A stretch of DNA of 63,892 bases, counting the filler, from Octopus bimaculoides (Eukaryota): the NCBI RefSeq assembly GCF_001194135.2. It is 5 parts of 5 records of this genome, joined end to end, with 100 filler letters (N's around TTAATTAATTAA, not from the genome) between each part and the next. Parts side by side here need not be neighbours in the genome. Positions count along the whole stretch, not along the records: positions 12,618 to 32,341 come from NC_068984.1; positions 32,442 to 57,335 come from NC_068995.1; 3 more parts are not named here. One strand, given 5' to 3'. The notes beneath the pieces are model-generated. The model saw nothing but the letters and a program-made list of their open reading frames with translations, searched no databases and was not told the origin of the DNA. Below, in pieces: positions 25,652-39,561 of the stretch (the first letter of the stretch is position 1; every line of letters begins with the position of its first letter). The translations under genes were made by a program, and so were the position numbers.

Positions 25652-27499
25652 ATACATTGCAGATAAATGTTGACAACAAAATCTCATATGGATTCTCAAG
25701 AGCCATATGGACCCGATTGTGAATCACTGGTGTCCTACATTCTGGACTTGGCACCTAAAACGAAAAAGTATCTTTTCGTCCCCCACCCTCAGGCCTAATC
25801 CAGCAAACCAGTGCTGAGAGACGTTTTAGCTGTATCATCATGTCATTGTTCCAGTCAGAGTTAACCTAGGAATACATTATCCAGTGTGTCTTATCTACTT
25901 TTAATGTGGTAGAGTTTGAATTATTAGAGATTTGACTGCTATTTCTAGCAGGTAGTTTAGAGCTTTGCTCGTAGACTGCGTTAATCTGATAATTACTTTA
26001 ACACATACTTTTGTGGTACACCTGTTTTTCTACGAATGTGTTTGTATATAAATGTTTGCAATGATTTCTTTGTTCCCATCGTGTATATTTTTGTTATACT
26101 TGGGAAGGAGCCACCAGTTGATCGTTTGACCTGGTTCAAATAGCAGTCAAAGCTCTTTAATCTTAAAAGGAGGAGATTTCAACATGAGACGCTTTACCCG
26201 TGTAAAGACTTTTCATGTAGCTAAAAACGGAATTAAATTTCGTAGTTATTGTGGGAGAAGAAATTTAGCATTTGAAGATCACAGAAATATTCTTACCTCT
26301 CATTTATTCCTTGAGGTGTTAATATTTTGTCATACATCTTCGAGCTTATCAGAAAAGCAATTCTATTTAACGTCTAATTATTTTGTCTGTTTAATGTAAA
26401 GTTATGTATGATCTAAAACGCAAGCAGACTAAAGGAGCCCTATTTGTTTGTTTCGATGAAAGATATTAAGTTGTAGAACAGAGATTCAAATATTGGGTTG
26501 CGCTTCATGTAGCAATTTTACTTGTTTGGTTTCAGACAATTTCTATATGTAAAACTGTTATACATAGCACGAATGAGTTTGTCATCTATGTTTATATATT
26601 ACAACTACTTACTGAAATTGAAATATTACATAAACAGAGATTCGCTTCTTATAAATCACAACACAGAAGTCTTTTATTTTTTAATGACAAATATTTTATT
26701 GCTTGAATATACAGTTTCCCTTTCCTTCCTGAGATCATAGATTTTGTCGAAAATATATCGTTTTTATATATATGTAATATAATTCTCTGTATACTTATAT
26801 TACTCTCGTGTATGACAGAGTATATTATACATATACATTGAATTTTATGGTCTATACTCACACAATACTAGTCTTTTCGAGGCAAGGCACAAAGCTGGAT
26901 GGATGAAAAACTTTCAAAAGCAATAGACGCAGAGCAGCAGAAAATGCATATTACTACATTAATGAAGTTTCTTATTATATTACAGGTACTAGTACTGATA
27001 TATAGTGGTTTGTGAGTTTGTGGAGTACCAAACTAGATATTGTAAAAAGGCATTAAAAAAGCCAAAGATTTACACAAAAAGTCCGTCCTAAACACCCTTT
27101 TGTAATACATATGTAAAATACCGAATTCATTTGGTCATAACACACATACAAACATAGACATATGTTGCAGTTTTGATAGATTTTTTTTTATGTACATCAC
27201 AGTATTTGCTTTATTTTTCTGTTCTGATTTTCAAAACTTGACAAGGTCTCTTTCTTATTTCATGGAGTAGTAAAATGTGCGCTGAAGGTCAGTTAACAGA
27301 GCCAATTGGTCCTTTGGTTGATTTAACAGCGTTTACTTGTTGCAGTATTTGAACAAAACCCCGGGTTACTATTTCGCACACCTTTTCCCTGCAAATATTG
27401 AACTGAAATTGTGCCGGGAGGTTATTAGTTGCATCGATCTAACCAATGTGAAAGGCCGAAAAATGTCCTGGACACTGTCCCTCGCCCATCTCACTAAAT

Positions 27500-27715
27500 T
27501 ATAATAGTCCTTTCTACTACAGGCAGAAGGCCTGAAATTTTGTGAGGAGGGAACTAGTCAATTACATTGACACCAGTGTTCAACTAGTACCTTTTTCATC
27601 GACTCCTACAGAATGAAAGGTAAAGCCGACCTCGACTTTACTCAGAGCATAAAAGCGGACGAAATGCCACTAAGCATTTTGTCCGGCGTGCTAATGATTC
27701 TGGCAGCTCGTCGCT
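27500..27715 (-). mobile_element. SINE family C
   Basis: Reverse complement of the family C head and central domain. Confidence 0.7.
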
Positions 27716-27981
27716 TTTGACTAAATTATAATAAGAAGAATCAGTTGATTAGAATACCACTCTAAATATATTAAAATGTTTTGTTCCGTCTCTCGATTCT
27801 GGGTGTATATTCCGTGTGAAATCAAATTTTAGTTTTATTTAAAAGTACGTTTGAGAGTGCAGATGGGATAAAACATATGTATGTACAAGAACCAACAGTA
27901 TTTGAAACCCCGATTGACGATACCAAGATTTTCTGCAAAAATTTCATCTTATTAGTTGTCTAAAAAACCCAATCTTAAACG

Positions 27982-28391
27982 TTATGCAGCAGCTAACAAA
28001 TAAGTTTCACCCTTTTCCACTGTCGCCAACGGTGGAATATGATTGGTTTCTTTAATGCTTAACGATTGTTGTTCCTCGATGATTTGTAATTCTGTAGCAT
28101 CTGAAACCATATCGACATCTTGTATATTTCGGGGATACCGTAGATATTTGATTATCATTGGAATCGTGATTCTCGCTCCCCAAATGAATATTATTACACA
28201 AAATACCAGACCAACGATGAGACTGAGTGCCATTCTAGTGTCATTACCATTACTCACACTTGCAGCAGTCACATTGGTAATATTGCAGTATGGTGTGCAT
28301 AGAGAATCCTGTTTCTCCTCTTCTGTCTGGTATAATCCACTTTTAGCTTCCACTGTAAACGTACCGCCGAAAACGAAAGCGAAATATGTAT
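27982..28391 (-). CDS. Terminal coding exon of a putative type I single-pass membrane protein (family not recognised)
   Basis: Acceptor ...aatcgtttcag|AT (phase 1), then open frame DTYFAFVFGGTFTVEAKSGLY...NITNVT...NDT-RMALSLIVGLVFCVIIFIWGARITIPMII-KYLRYPR...ETYLLAAA*. Three N-glycosylation sequons before a long hydrophobic stretch, basic residues after it. AATAAA on minus strand near 27835. Confidence 0.65.
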
Positions 28392-28725
28392 CTGAAACGA
28401 TTAATTTACATATATATGTGAGTATGTGCATACGGTTAAATGTGTGTGTATTTATATGTCTGCGTGCATGTATATACATATGTGTGTGTGTGTTTATAAT
28501 ACACACACACATGTATATATGTATGTATGTATGTATGTAAGGGTAATATTCTTTATGTTGCATATCTCGTTTCTCTGTTTTTTTCGTTGTTCGAAAAAAA
28601 AGTTCGTTTTCTGTCTTCATCTTTATGTTTTCGGTTCTCATTGTGTTTAACGTTTTATGTGATGTCCTGTACCCATATATGCTTGTATGTATACATATAG
28701 ATGTCGATATGTACATATATGTATG

Positions 28726-28764
<39 letters not shown>

Positions 28765-29111
28765 TAGATGTATGCTAATGTTCATGTAGGTTACNNNNNN
28801 NNNNNNNNNNNNNNNNNNNNNNNNNNNNNNNNNNNNNNNNNNNNNNNNNNNNNNNNNNNNNNNNNNNNNNNNNNNNNNNNNNNNNNNNNNNNNNNNNTAC
28901 ATACATACATACATACATACATACATACATACATACATACATACATACATAAATTTTAGTGGCGTTGTTGACGGAGCAGAAAAATGGTTTGTTGGTATCG
29001 TGAAGGAAGAAATGCTGTTTATTCAAAATGTCGATGGTCCCTTTCATTTTACTCTAATCGAGTATTGAGTACACTCTTTTCGATAGTGGTTACTCCTGTT
29101 ATCGCCAATAG

Positions 29112-29148
<37 letters not shown>

Positions 29149-30074
29149 TAGATGTATGCTAATGTTCATGTAGGTTACATCCACCCGTCCGTCCATACAG
29201 CTATACTGCCATGCAAACATACATACATACAAACATACATACATACATACATACATACATACATACATACATACATACATACATACATGCATGCATACAT
29301 AAACACCAAGACCAGAAAGGAGAAAGCTAATTCGAAGACTACAAATCCAATCCATCTTTGGAACTGTAAATATCTGTAAAACTTTCCAGAAGTGTATCAT
29401 TTAAATATATATGATAATGTCTAGATATGCAACTATATGCATGAGAATACATAAAGCAAAACATACGAATTTGCACACATACATACATACATACATACAT
29501 ACATACATACATACATACATACATACATACATAATACAAATACACAGGGTGATTGCTCCATCTTCTTAGATGATTGCTGTCTCCTTATGCTTTTCTGATT
29601 TTATATTTGGCATTTCTGATTTTACATCCACGACCTCTCAGATGACTACTCAGTCCCGTGGCTCATCCGCATAATTTGAAGCATAGCTAACAGATGAAAG
29701 TTGTAATAATACATTTCCAACTGGTTAGGTTTGCATATGTTGTCACTCTTCTATTGCCACAGGGCTTTCAGTAAATTGCATGACAAATGAAGTCGCTATA
29801 AAGAGACATCTGTACATCCCTGGAATATAGTGATAAACGCTTGTACAACACGAATATCATTCTTTGAGCCTTTCTGATTAATGCCTAGTAACAGGCTCAA
29901 GCGAGATGACCAGAACCACGTGAAACTGCAGGTTTTACATCAGAGTGTCCCTCACCTAGATGGATGCTGTGACAATAGCTAGGGCTCCTTCACTCACAGT
30001 GGTCTTACTGTGCACCTTAATACCAACTAACGGTACTTTTGCATCCCCATGTTCAGATGGAACGTCAGCCATGT

Positions 30075-30271
30075 CCGGTAGGTTCATTGTCATTAATTTA
30101 CCGCAGGGAAAGTTCACCGTCGTCAATTCACCGATCTTGATTCAATGAAATAGTTTTTAACTATTAATGGTGAGATACTATAGATATATTTTGTCAGTAA
30201 ACTTTCTTCGCGGTGAACTTTCTTCGTGGTGAATTGATGGCGGTAAACGTTCCTTGTGGTGAACTTACCTG
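30075..30271. mobile_element. Small palindromic MITE-like element with repeated TTCACC/GGTGAA motifs
   Basis: 30097-30133 inverted relative to 30228-30263. Confidence 0.5.
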
Positions 30272-30914
30272 TAATCATATCATCACATATGCTAGTTGTA
30301 CCATAACTGGGACCCTACTATTTCGGGTCAAAATAGACCAAGAACAATAGTGGCTAAGAAGTTGTACCACACTCCTCAAAACTCCGGAACTCCAAAACTA
30401 GAGCCACACTACCGACAGCAGTTTAAAGACATACCCAGGGCACACATACATACATACATACATACATACATACATACATACGAATCACTATTTTGTTTAA
30501 TGTTCAGCTATAAAACTTACGTCATAAAACTTAAACAGCTCCCTCATTTTTTTTTACCCCTCTGGCTTTTTAGAGATATCATCAGTGCTTTCTAGTTTGA
30601 GTAAGGGTAAATTTTGGCATGCAGACGAGAATTTACCTAACCCATGCATAAAATATTCTTAAGTAGTATTCATAGCATTGGGTAAAACTATAAGTATGTA
30701 TCTGACGTGTTTATTAATATAGAAGTACATGCATCAAAAACATATTTACTAAACGGCATTTCCCATTCTATAATTCTTATTGTTACAAAAACTGATTGAG
30801 GATCAAGCGTATCCGTCTAGATCCACTAACAGCTATTTCAAAAGCTGTTATTTTGTTTGTTGATTGAAATAATTACAAAAGAAAATAATTATATATAATT
30901 ATTTTAAACTGTGT

Positions 30915-32179
30915 GAACGAGTAGGATTGGCAGAGCGATGGCCACACAGAATTTGGTTACATCTCTACATTCCAAGTTAATCTACTAATTTTGCATTCCA
31001 TCCTTTCTGCGTCAATTACATTAACTAAATTTACACCACCACCCTCCAACTATAGAGATTATGACTAATATCAAAAACCATTATTATTAAAGTAGCATGG
31101 TATTTTTTGAAATTTATGCTAGTGCCTGTAAGTTATCAAAAACTACGGCAGTTTTATTAATTATAGAGAATGGGGCTTATCACAGTCAATTAGAGACGAC
31201 GACTCAATTCTTAGATTCAAATTTGGCACAAGGCCAGGAATTTTGGAAAGGGTTAAATCGATTACATTGACCCCAAGGTTCAACTGGTACTTATTTTATC
31301 GACTCCGAAAGGATGAAAGGTAAGGTCGACCTCAGCGGAATTTGAACTCAGAGCGTAAAAACTGTCGAAATGCTGCTAAGCATTTTGCCCGGCATGCTAA
31401 CGATTCCGCCAGTTGGCTGCCTAGACGAGTCAAATTATTTATAAATAGATAACTTTGTAACTGCATTCAAGTGTTCTACCTTGTGTGTGTTACTTTGTAA
31501 AGCATGAAAGAAAACATATTCAAAAGCGCAAATACAGAGATAAATGCACATTAGTAATTATTATGTAGAAGTTCACCTTTATATCTATCTGAATATGGTC
31601 TTTTATATCGTATATGGCTTGTAGAAATATTTATTAAAGTAATGCATAGACGTTGATTAAATCATCTGCAGTAAACATCTTTCCCGGCCTCCAACCAGGT
31701 GAAAAAGCATACTCGGTGAAGATTATGGCCTAACGAATCACAATAGTATATGTGGAATTTCATAAAAAAACACCCAGAAAAGAAATAGCAACACAAAAGA
31801 AAAGGAAAACCAGTGCCTATTGTTTTTTTCTTAAAGGTCTGTGAGAGGTTGAGGAAGAGCTAAAGAAACCATGACTCATGGGTTTAAATCTTCGAACAGA
31901 CAGTCAAGAGTGATGCCTGCTGGGTTCAACTACTCCACATTGATAAGTGGATGTCTGAACCAGCATGGTGAAGCTGATGACCTTCCCTGATCGAAGGTTG
32001 TAATGGTCACAGGTTTGTGTGTCACATAGCTAGCTAGAGGCGATGGCCTCTTGGAGCTATTCAACGGCAGCATTCGTCCTATTTTTCTGGAATGCCATGT
32101 TAGCTTGGTGATAACTATTAATAACCAGTACTGCTGCCGTAGTCTCCTTTAGAAGGATTTTAAAATAATAATAATCATC

Positions 32180-32233
<54 letters not shown>

Positions 32234-32441
32234 GAAGAAGAAGAAGAAGAAGAATATATATATATATACTCATATATTGTTTGTATCACGACAGAACGCA
32301 CGCGTTACCTTTATACAGTAAGTTTTTAACTATTTTTCTAANNNNNNNNNNNNNNNNNNNNNNNNNNNNNNNNNNNNNNNNNNNNTTAATTAATTAANNN
32401 NNNNNNNNNNNNNNNNNNNNNNNNNNNNNNNNNNNNNNNNN

Positions 32442-32473
<32 letters not shown>

Positions 32474-35035
32474 TAATGCTTATAAAGAGACATATGTACG
32501 CCAGTTCCCGTAACTATATATTGTAAATAGCTGCGAAGTAATTATTGGACACCATTCACGCGTCAAATAATATTGACAGATCATAGATGTTTACAATTAC
32601 TCCCACACGAAAGTATGAATATAATAGCATTAAATATATTTTGTTCGTGCTTAAAATTGCTTAACTGAGACCGTAAAAGAGTAGTCATTCATTCATTAAT
32701 CAATAAAATAACACAATTCAACATAATCTCTACGCAATCACCACCCAATAAAATAATATAACAGGTTCGTTAACTTAACAAGCTACAGATATTAATACAA
32801 GACCAACAATTTAAATAAATCATAAGCTACATTGGCACCCAATAATATTACACAGACCACATATCTTATACTGTACCTGGTTACCACCCTACAGTAAAAT
32901 ACATAAAGCAATGTCTACATCAATAAAAGAAAGGTTAAACTGAACAATAGATACCAACAAGTATTCTTTTCTACTCTAGGCACACGGCACGAAATTTTTA
33001 GGGTGGGGGCCAGTCGATTAGACCGACTCTAGTACGCAACTGGTATTCAATTTATCGACCCAGAAAGGATAAACGGCAAAGTCGACCTCGGCGTTATTTG
33101 TACTCAGAACGTAAGCACAGATAAAATACCGCTAAGCATTTCGCCCGGCGTGCTAACGTTTCTGCCAGTTCGCAACCTTGATAGCAACAAATATTATATC
33201 TCCTGGGTGCCACAAGCTGAGAGAATCGTTACAGCATATTTAGGCTCTAATTTCAAATTCCCCCAAAGTAGAATTTACCTTACTTCCTTTCGAGATCGAC
33301 AGAATAAATACCGGTTGAACACTGTGGTGGATGTAATCGATCTTACCCCGTTCGCCGAAACTGGTAGCCTTGTGCCAAAATTTGAAATCACAAAGTGGTG
33401 AGCTGACACCATTCACGCGTCAAATAATATTGACAGATCATAGATGTTTACAATTACTCTCACACGAAAGTATGAATATAATAGCATTAAATATATTTTG
33501 TTCGTGCTTAAAATTGCTTAACTGAGACCGTAAAAGAGTAGTCATTCATTCATTAATCAATAAAATAACACAAATGCTTAGCGGCGTTTCGTCCATCTTT
33601 TAGTTTTTATTTCAAATTCCGCCGAGGTAGAATTTGCCTTTCATTCCCATGGGGTCGATAAATTCAGTTCCAGTTGAGCACTGGGCCGATATAATCTACT
33701 TATGCCCTATCCCGAAATTATTGCCAAAATTTGAAACTAATATTTTACATCCTCAACAGGAAGCGCGCTAACAGAATCGTTAGCATACCAAACAAAATTC
33801 ATAGCGACATTTGTTCCAGTTTTACAATCTCGGTTAAGATTCCGCTAATGTCACCTTTGTCTTTTATACTTTGGGTGAATAAAATAATCCCTCCTGTTAT
33901 AAACAATACCTGAAATTTTGGGGAGGGGGATAGTTGATTCCATCGACCCCAGTACTCAAACAGTACTCAAATCATCGACCACGAAAGAATGAAAGGTAAA
34001 GTTGACCTCGGTGGAATATGAACTCAGAATTTCGTCCAGCGTGCTAACAATTCTGCTAGCTCGCCGCCTTCAGGGGTGAAAAAAATAATTACCAAATGAG
34101 CACTGGACTCAATGTAATTGGCTACCATCTTCAAGGAAAATTTCTGTTCCTGCGTCCATACAGAAAGAAATATTATAATGCTCTCTATATAGAGGAAACT
34201 ATAAATTTGCTGAAGGGAATTAAATTAGATCTAACGAATTTTTAAGCCGTTCTATTTTGTCAGATGTCAATGCTGATACTACTCAAGATCCGAAAGATTA
34301 CAGTTAATTTAAGGTTATTTTTTTCAATTGCCACAATATTGACAGCTCACGAGCTAGGACTTCCACAGTATCAAATATGTAAACAAACGAATGAAAAACA
34401 ATAGTGTATACACTCTTTAAGAGTTTACCCACTTACGATGAAATAAAAATATTCTCAGAGACAACAAGGATATGATAAAATATAAATAATAATAAAAAAC
34501 AGAATTTCAAACCCGTCCTATATTTTATCCGATGTTCCACCCATATGAGGTTCAGAGAGTTATCCAATTATACTCCAAATGTTCATGTTGTTCATTATGG
34601 CGGAACTAAACCCAGAACATAATGAGCTATAGCAAATATGAATGGCATTTTGTCGTTTACAATAAAAACTGTGAGACATAGCTTATCTATATAACGTGTA
34701 CCCTACAACATTTTTGCTTCTTCTCGAATGAATTGTATTATAAAATTGCAGTCTAGGTGTGTTCTTATTTCATATTTTTGTAAATGGTATATGCGATGGA
34801 ACTAATGAATTCTAGCAATGATTATATCTTTTTACTATTGGGTGCAAGATATGAAAACTGCAAGCGGTGATGATGGTGGGAAACCAGTTGAGTAGACCAA
34901 CCCGGTGCTTAACTAGTACTTATTTTATTGCTCCAAGAAGAGTGAAAGGTGGAATTTGCACTGTGAACGGAAAGGCAGACGAAATGCTGCTAGGCTTCTT
35001 TGTCCGGCATACTGAAGTTTCTGCCAGCTTGCGCC
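30915..35035. mobile_element. Cluster of about eight family C SINEs in both orientations
   Basis: Approximate copies: 30915-31070(+), 31205-31420(-), 32965-33175(-), 33205-33390(+), 33395-33740(+), 33760-33900(+), 33895-34070(-), 34880-35035(-). Confidence 0.75.
32548..33573 (+). repeat. 169-bp direct repeat pair (32548-32716 and 33405-33573)
   Basis: One mismatch seen between the copies. Confidence 0.9.
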
Positions 35036-35258
35036 ATCCTATCAGTAGCATTAATGTTTTAGTTTTAGTAAATTTAAAGAAATATGTTGGTTTATATTTC
35101 AATGTGAACCAAAACAAAATTTTCAATCAGAAAATAGAAACAAAAACAACTGATTCAGCGAAATGTTTTTAAATTCTGTATTTATGTAATGGAAAGTTGT
35201 CTTTCAGCAGAAGATATACGTACATATACACGTACACACAGAAAAACATACACACAGA

Positions 35259-35303
<45 letters not shown>

Positions 35304-35618
35304 ACCATAAAATATTGGCAATTGTTGAAGGAAATGCGTAGTTAAAAAGTAATACCATTAATGAAGTAACTTTTATGAAAAACATATTTTCTTAATTGCC
35401 AAAAATTAAATTCTCTGAATATGTTGAGCTGTTAAAAACGTTCATTAAGAATTTAGCTTACTAATTAACGTAGAATTGGTAGCCATTGACGAAAGCAAAC
35501 AGAAATACGTTAATTCAATTTCAAATATTGCCATAAAGAATATTTATTGATCACATACACTGTCAAACACATCCACACCCACACACAAATACAGACTTAC
35601 ACATATATACGCACTTAC

Positions 35619-35711
35619 CCTGGCACTTGAGCCGAACAGCCTCTTGTTGCTGACCTGTCAGTTCTATACGAAAATACACTAGGCCAAAAACTTGACTCTT
35701 GGCTATGCTAC
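35619..35711 (-). CDS. Internal 93-bp coding exon (phase 1-1), probably of the same membrane-protein gene
   Basis: Acceptor tgtgatgcag|GT, consensus donor CAGG|gtaagt, open frame (G)SIAKSQVFGLVYFRIELTGQQQEAVRLKCQ. Non-repetitive island between microsatellites; phase compatible with the 28391 acceptor. Confidence 0.55.
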
Positions 35712-35768
35712 CTGCATCACACAAGTACAAACATGCACATTCACAGGCGTACGCGTATACACACAGAC

Positions 35769-35845
<77 letters not shown>

Positions 35846-35871
35846 GGAATATATATATATATATTTCCATA

Positions 35872-36545
35872 CAGGGAGCGATGAGTAAATTGTATCCATT
35901 TCCTGTTTCTAATGTGCATCGTTTGTTTTTGATTTTGTCGACTACATAGTAAAGTTGGGACAGTTAGGCACCGTCTGTCGGAAAAAATAGCACTATGACA
36001 TGCTGCAAAGCTTGGCATTCGCGCCGGAATCTCCAATACGAACAGATGGTGAACAACGGTTGACATGCCGTTTCTCGAAGACCTGTATCGAGTGATAAAG
36101 AGGAAACGTCCAGTCAACATCATGATATTTGGAATGATCACTACTAATAGTGATGTTATACCTCCCTTCATCTTCCCACGCGGCCACAGACTCAACATGG
36201 AGGCCTACATCAAGTGCCACACAAGCAGGAGAACCCAGTCATAGCTGTCAGGCAATCTCTGATCACATCACTCTTGACAGCTGTCCATCTAACTTCCTTG
36301 ACTGCTATTCCCTTGATTATTATGTCTGGGGAACAGTTGAGCGAGAGACAAGCAGAACTGCGTGTAACACCATACATGAACTGAAGGCAAGTATTATAGC
36401 AGAATTCACCAACTTAACCAAGGAGACAATCCAGAAGTGTTGCAGGATATTCCCAAGTTGTCTGGAAAACGTGGTTGAAGACAATAACAATGTATTCTTT
36501 AGCATTTCAAGATATTTTAATGTAATTTCCGTACATATATCTGTT
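35872..36545 (+). mobile_element. Internally deleted Tc1/mariner remnant (DD37D/maT-like)
   Basis: TA|CAGGG end; PVNIMIFGMIT..DVIPPFIFP and DCYSLDYYVWGTVERET..HELKASI remnants. Confidence 0.75.
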
Positions 36546-36575
36546 AAAATGAGATGTCCGTGTTCTTTGCATTAA

Positions 36576-36733
36576 GGCGCAGGAGTGGCTGTGTGATAAG
36601 AAGCTTGCTTCACAACCACATGGTTCTGGGTTCAGTACAACTGCATGGACCTTGCGCAAGTGTCTTCCACTATAGCTTCGAGCTTACCACAACCTTGTGA
36701 GTGGATTTGGTAAACAGGAAGAATACCGTCGTG

Positions 36734-36744
<11 letters not shown>
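36576..36744 (+). mobile_element. SINE family A, 5' half
   Basis: gcgcaggagtggctgtgtgataagaagcttgc head running into a gap. Confidence 0.75.
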
Positions 36745-36764
<20 letters not shown>

Positions 36765-37640
36765 NNNNNNNNNNNNNNNNNNNNNNNNNNNNNNNNNNNN
36801 NNNNNNNNNNNNNNNNNNNNNNNNNNNNNNNNNNNNNNNNNNNNNNNNNNNNNNNNNNNNNNNNNNNNNNNNNNNNNNNNNNNNNNNNNNNNNNNNNNNN
36901 NNNNNNNNNNNNNNNNNNNNNNNNNNNNNNNNNNNNNNNNNNNNNNNNNNNNNNNNNNNNNNNNNNNNNNNNNNNNNNNNNNNNNNNNNNNNNNNNNNNN
37001 NNNNNNNNNNNNNNNNNNNNNNNNNNNNNNNNNNNNNNNNNNNNNNNNNNNNNNNNNNNNNNNNNNNNNNNNNNNNNNNNNNNNNNNNNNNNNNNNNNNN
37101 NNNNNNNNNNNNNNNNNNNNNNNNNNNNNNNNNNNNNNNNNNNNNNNNNNNNNNNNNNNNNNNNNNNNNNNNNNNNNNNNNNNNNNNNNNNNNNNNNNNN
37201 NNNNNNNNNNNNNNNNNNNNNNNNNNNNNNNNNNNNNNNNNNNNNNNNNNNNNNNNNNNNNNNNNNNNNNNNNNNNNNNNNNNNNNNNNNNNNNNNNNNN
37301 NNNNNNNNNNNNNNNNNNNNNNNNNNNNNNNNNNNNNNNNNNNNNNNNNNNNNNNNNNNNNNNNNNNNNNNNNNNNNNNNNNNNNNNNNNNNNNNNNNNN
37401 NNNNNNNNNNNNNNNNNNNNNNNNNNNNNNNNNNNNNNNNNNNNNNNNNNNNNNNNNNNNNNNNNNNNNNNNNNNNNNNNNNNNNNNNNNNNNNNNNNNN
37501 NNNNNNNNNNNNNNNNNNNNNNNNNNNNNNNNNNNNNNNNNNNNNNNNNNNNNNNNNNNNNNNNNATATATATATATATATATACACATATATACGTATA
37601 TATATATATATACACACATATATATGTATAGATATGCATG

Positions 37641-37683
<43 letters not shown>

Positions 37684-38116
37684 CTGTGTGTCTGTGTGTG
37701 TGTGTGTGTGTGTGCATATATGTACAGACACACACATGTGGCTACATAACCATATTTGTATGTAACGGTTATAAAGAAGTATTACAGTATTTTCCATGTA
37801 TTACCATATAGTCGTTTCGCTTTTGATGAACTGAACAGCCTACTCCGATTGAAGGAGCTAAGAAGTTGACGATTATACAGATTAGTAATCCTTACAAAAA
37901 TGTAAGTCTTATTAACAGTAAAATTACCATATCATTATCTCTTGATGTTATCTTTTAATAAAAGAGGACCGTTTGAATTACAAATACATCCCTTCCGATG
38001 GCGTCCTACACAATTAACATCTACGTACTTTCGCTCATAAAACCTGAAGCAAACTGACGATCAGTTTCAGTTATATCCCACAAATGTCTCGCCATTAAAT
38101 CGAACCTTGGATTCGA

Positions 38117-39249
38117 GCGCTATCACCGGAATTGCACTTGCACAAAGTGAAGCAAAGTAATTTCGATATAATTCCCTACTATTATATTAGAATTCAACAT
38201 GAATGAAGAAACACTGCAGATAATTTTAATCTTGACCTAAGATCAAAGACTTATAAATTTATGTCTATATGTTTATCGTTATTTTATATTCATACTTAAC
38301 AGAAAAAAAAAAACATTGATATTCTTTCCTTTTATTTTGACTCTACCATGCCGTCAAATCTGGTATTCCTTTGTACAGTATGATAACAATAAATGTAAGA
38401 TTAAAAACTGATTTTAATTAGTATTTATTTCGTTCGAGATTGCTCATTAATCTGCCTACATACGAAGAATGAAAGAAGTAGGGCAAAGTAAATGTGTGTG
38501 ATATGTGTCTATTATTAAATGTTTTATATTTGGAAGTGTGGAGGGGCAATGACCCAGTGTTTAGGGCAGAGGACTCTCGGTCATAGGATCGCGGTTTCGA
38601 TTCCCAGACCGGTCGTTGTGAGTGTTTATTGAGCGAAAACACCTAAAGCTCCACTAGGCTCCGGCACAGGATGGTGGCGAACTCTGCTGTACTCTTTCAC
38701 CACAACTTTCTCTTACTCATTCTTCCCGTTTCTGTTGTGCCTGTAATTCAAAGGGTCAGTCTTTTCACACTGTATCACGCTGAATATCCCCGAGAATTAC
38801 GTTAAGGGTACACGTGTCTGTGGAGTGCTCAGCTACTTGCACGTTAATTTCACGAGCAGGCTGTTCCGTTGATCGGATCAACTGCAACCCTCGACGTCGT
38901 AAGCAATGGAGTGCCAACAACAAACAATATATTTGGAAGTAACAGTATATTAAACTGCACCAATGAATAATGTCACGCTTTTCAGTTAATTTCATGTTTG
39001 TATTATAACCAGCCACGAATATATTTACACAAAACAGTACAGATACGCCTAACAATCAATATATAGATATACATACATTAACAATTTATAAGAATGCATA
39101 TATAAGATTAGGACGTCATCGATCAATAAATCACTAAGCATTTGATCATAAGTTAAGCTTAGAATTATTTGCACTGTATCTTCATCCATGTGGAATTGTA
39201 ATATAGTATTAGCGATTTATGTGTGCAGGTGCAATTCTGGTGATAGCGC
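38117..39249. repeat. Diverged long inverted repeat (~38117-38280 vs ~39050-39249)
   Basis: GCGCTATCACC(G/A)GAATTGCAC(T/C)TGCACA 26/28, with alignable sequence inward. Confidence 0.7.
38540..38925 (+). mobile_element. SINE family B with 13-bp TSD
   Basis: TSD TATATTTGGAAGT at 38525-38537 and 38928-38940. Confidence 0.9.
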
Positions 39250-39561
39250 AATGCATGTTTGAATAGCATTCATTATTATCTATTAGATAGTGGACGCACA
39301 ATACTCCTGGATTACAGATCGAAAGAACAGCATTCAAACGCTTATACATTTAAGCCAAATTATGACTGTGTTTCTCGTACTCTATAGCGGCAACCTTGAC
39401 TTATATTTCATATGTAGATTGGTATCCATGACAAATCTTGGTGCACTAGAAAATCTACTAGATCGATATTTTGTTGCGTATAAGAATGTCTGTTCTACGG
39501 AGGGATCTGTAATGCAGCTGCTATGCCGTTTAAAACACTACTATGTTTGTTTACATACAAC

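Noticed and set aside
28392-28716. N-terminal part of the 244-aa ORF
   Set aside because: Microsatellite and repeat-derived intron read through to the real acceptor at 28391.
28735-29180. Repeated aaactgtagatgtatgctaatgttcatgtaggttac
   Set aside because: The first copy ends at a gap, so this is probably an assembly duplication.
29545-30075. GC-richer block with coding-like composition
   Set aside because: Stops in all frames and no motif I recognise; probably an old repeat.
31680-31732. FN3-like word FPGLQPGEKAYSVKIMA on the plus strand
   Set aside because: Spacing is off, a stop follows immediately, and it is on the strand opposite the putative gene.
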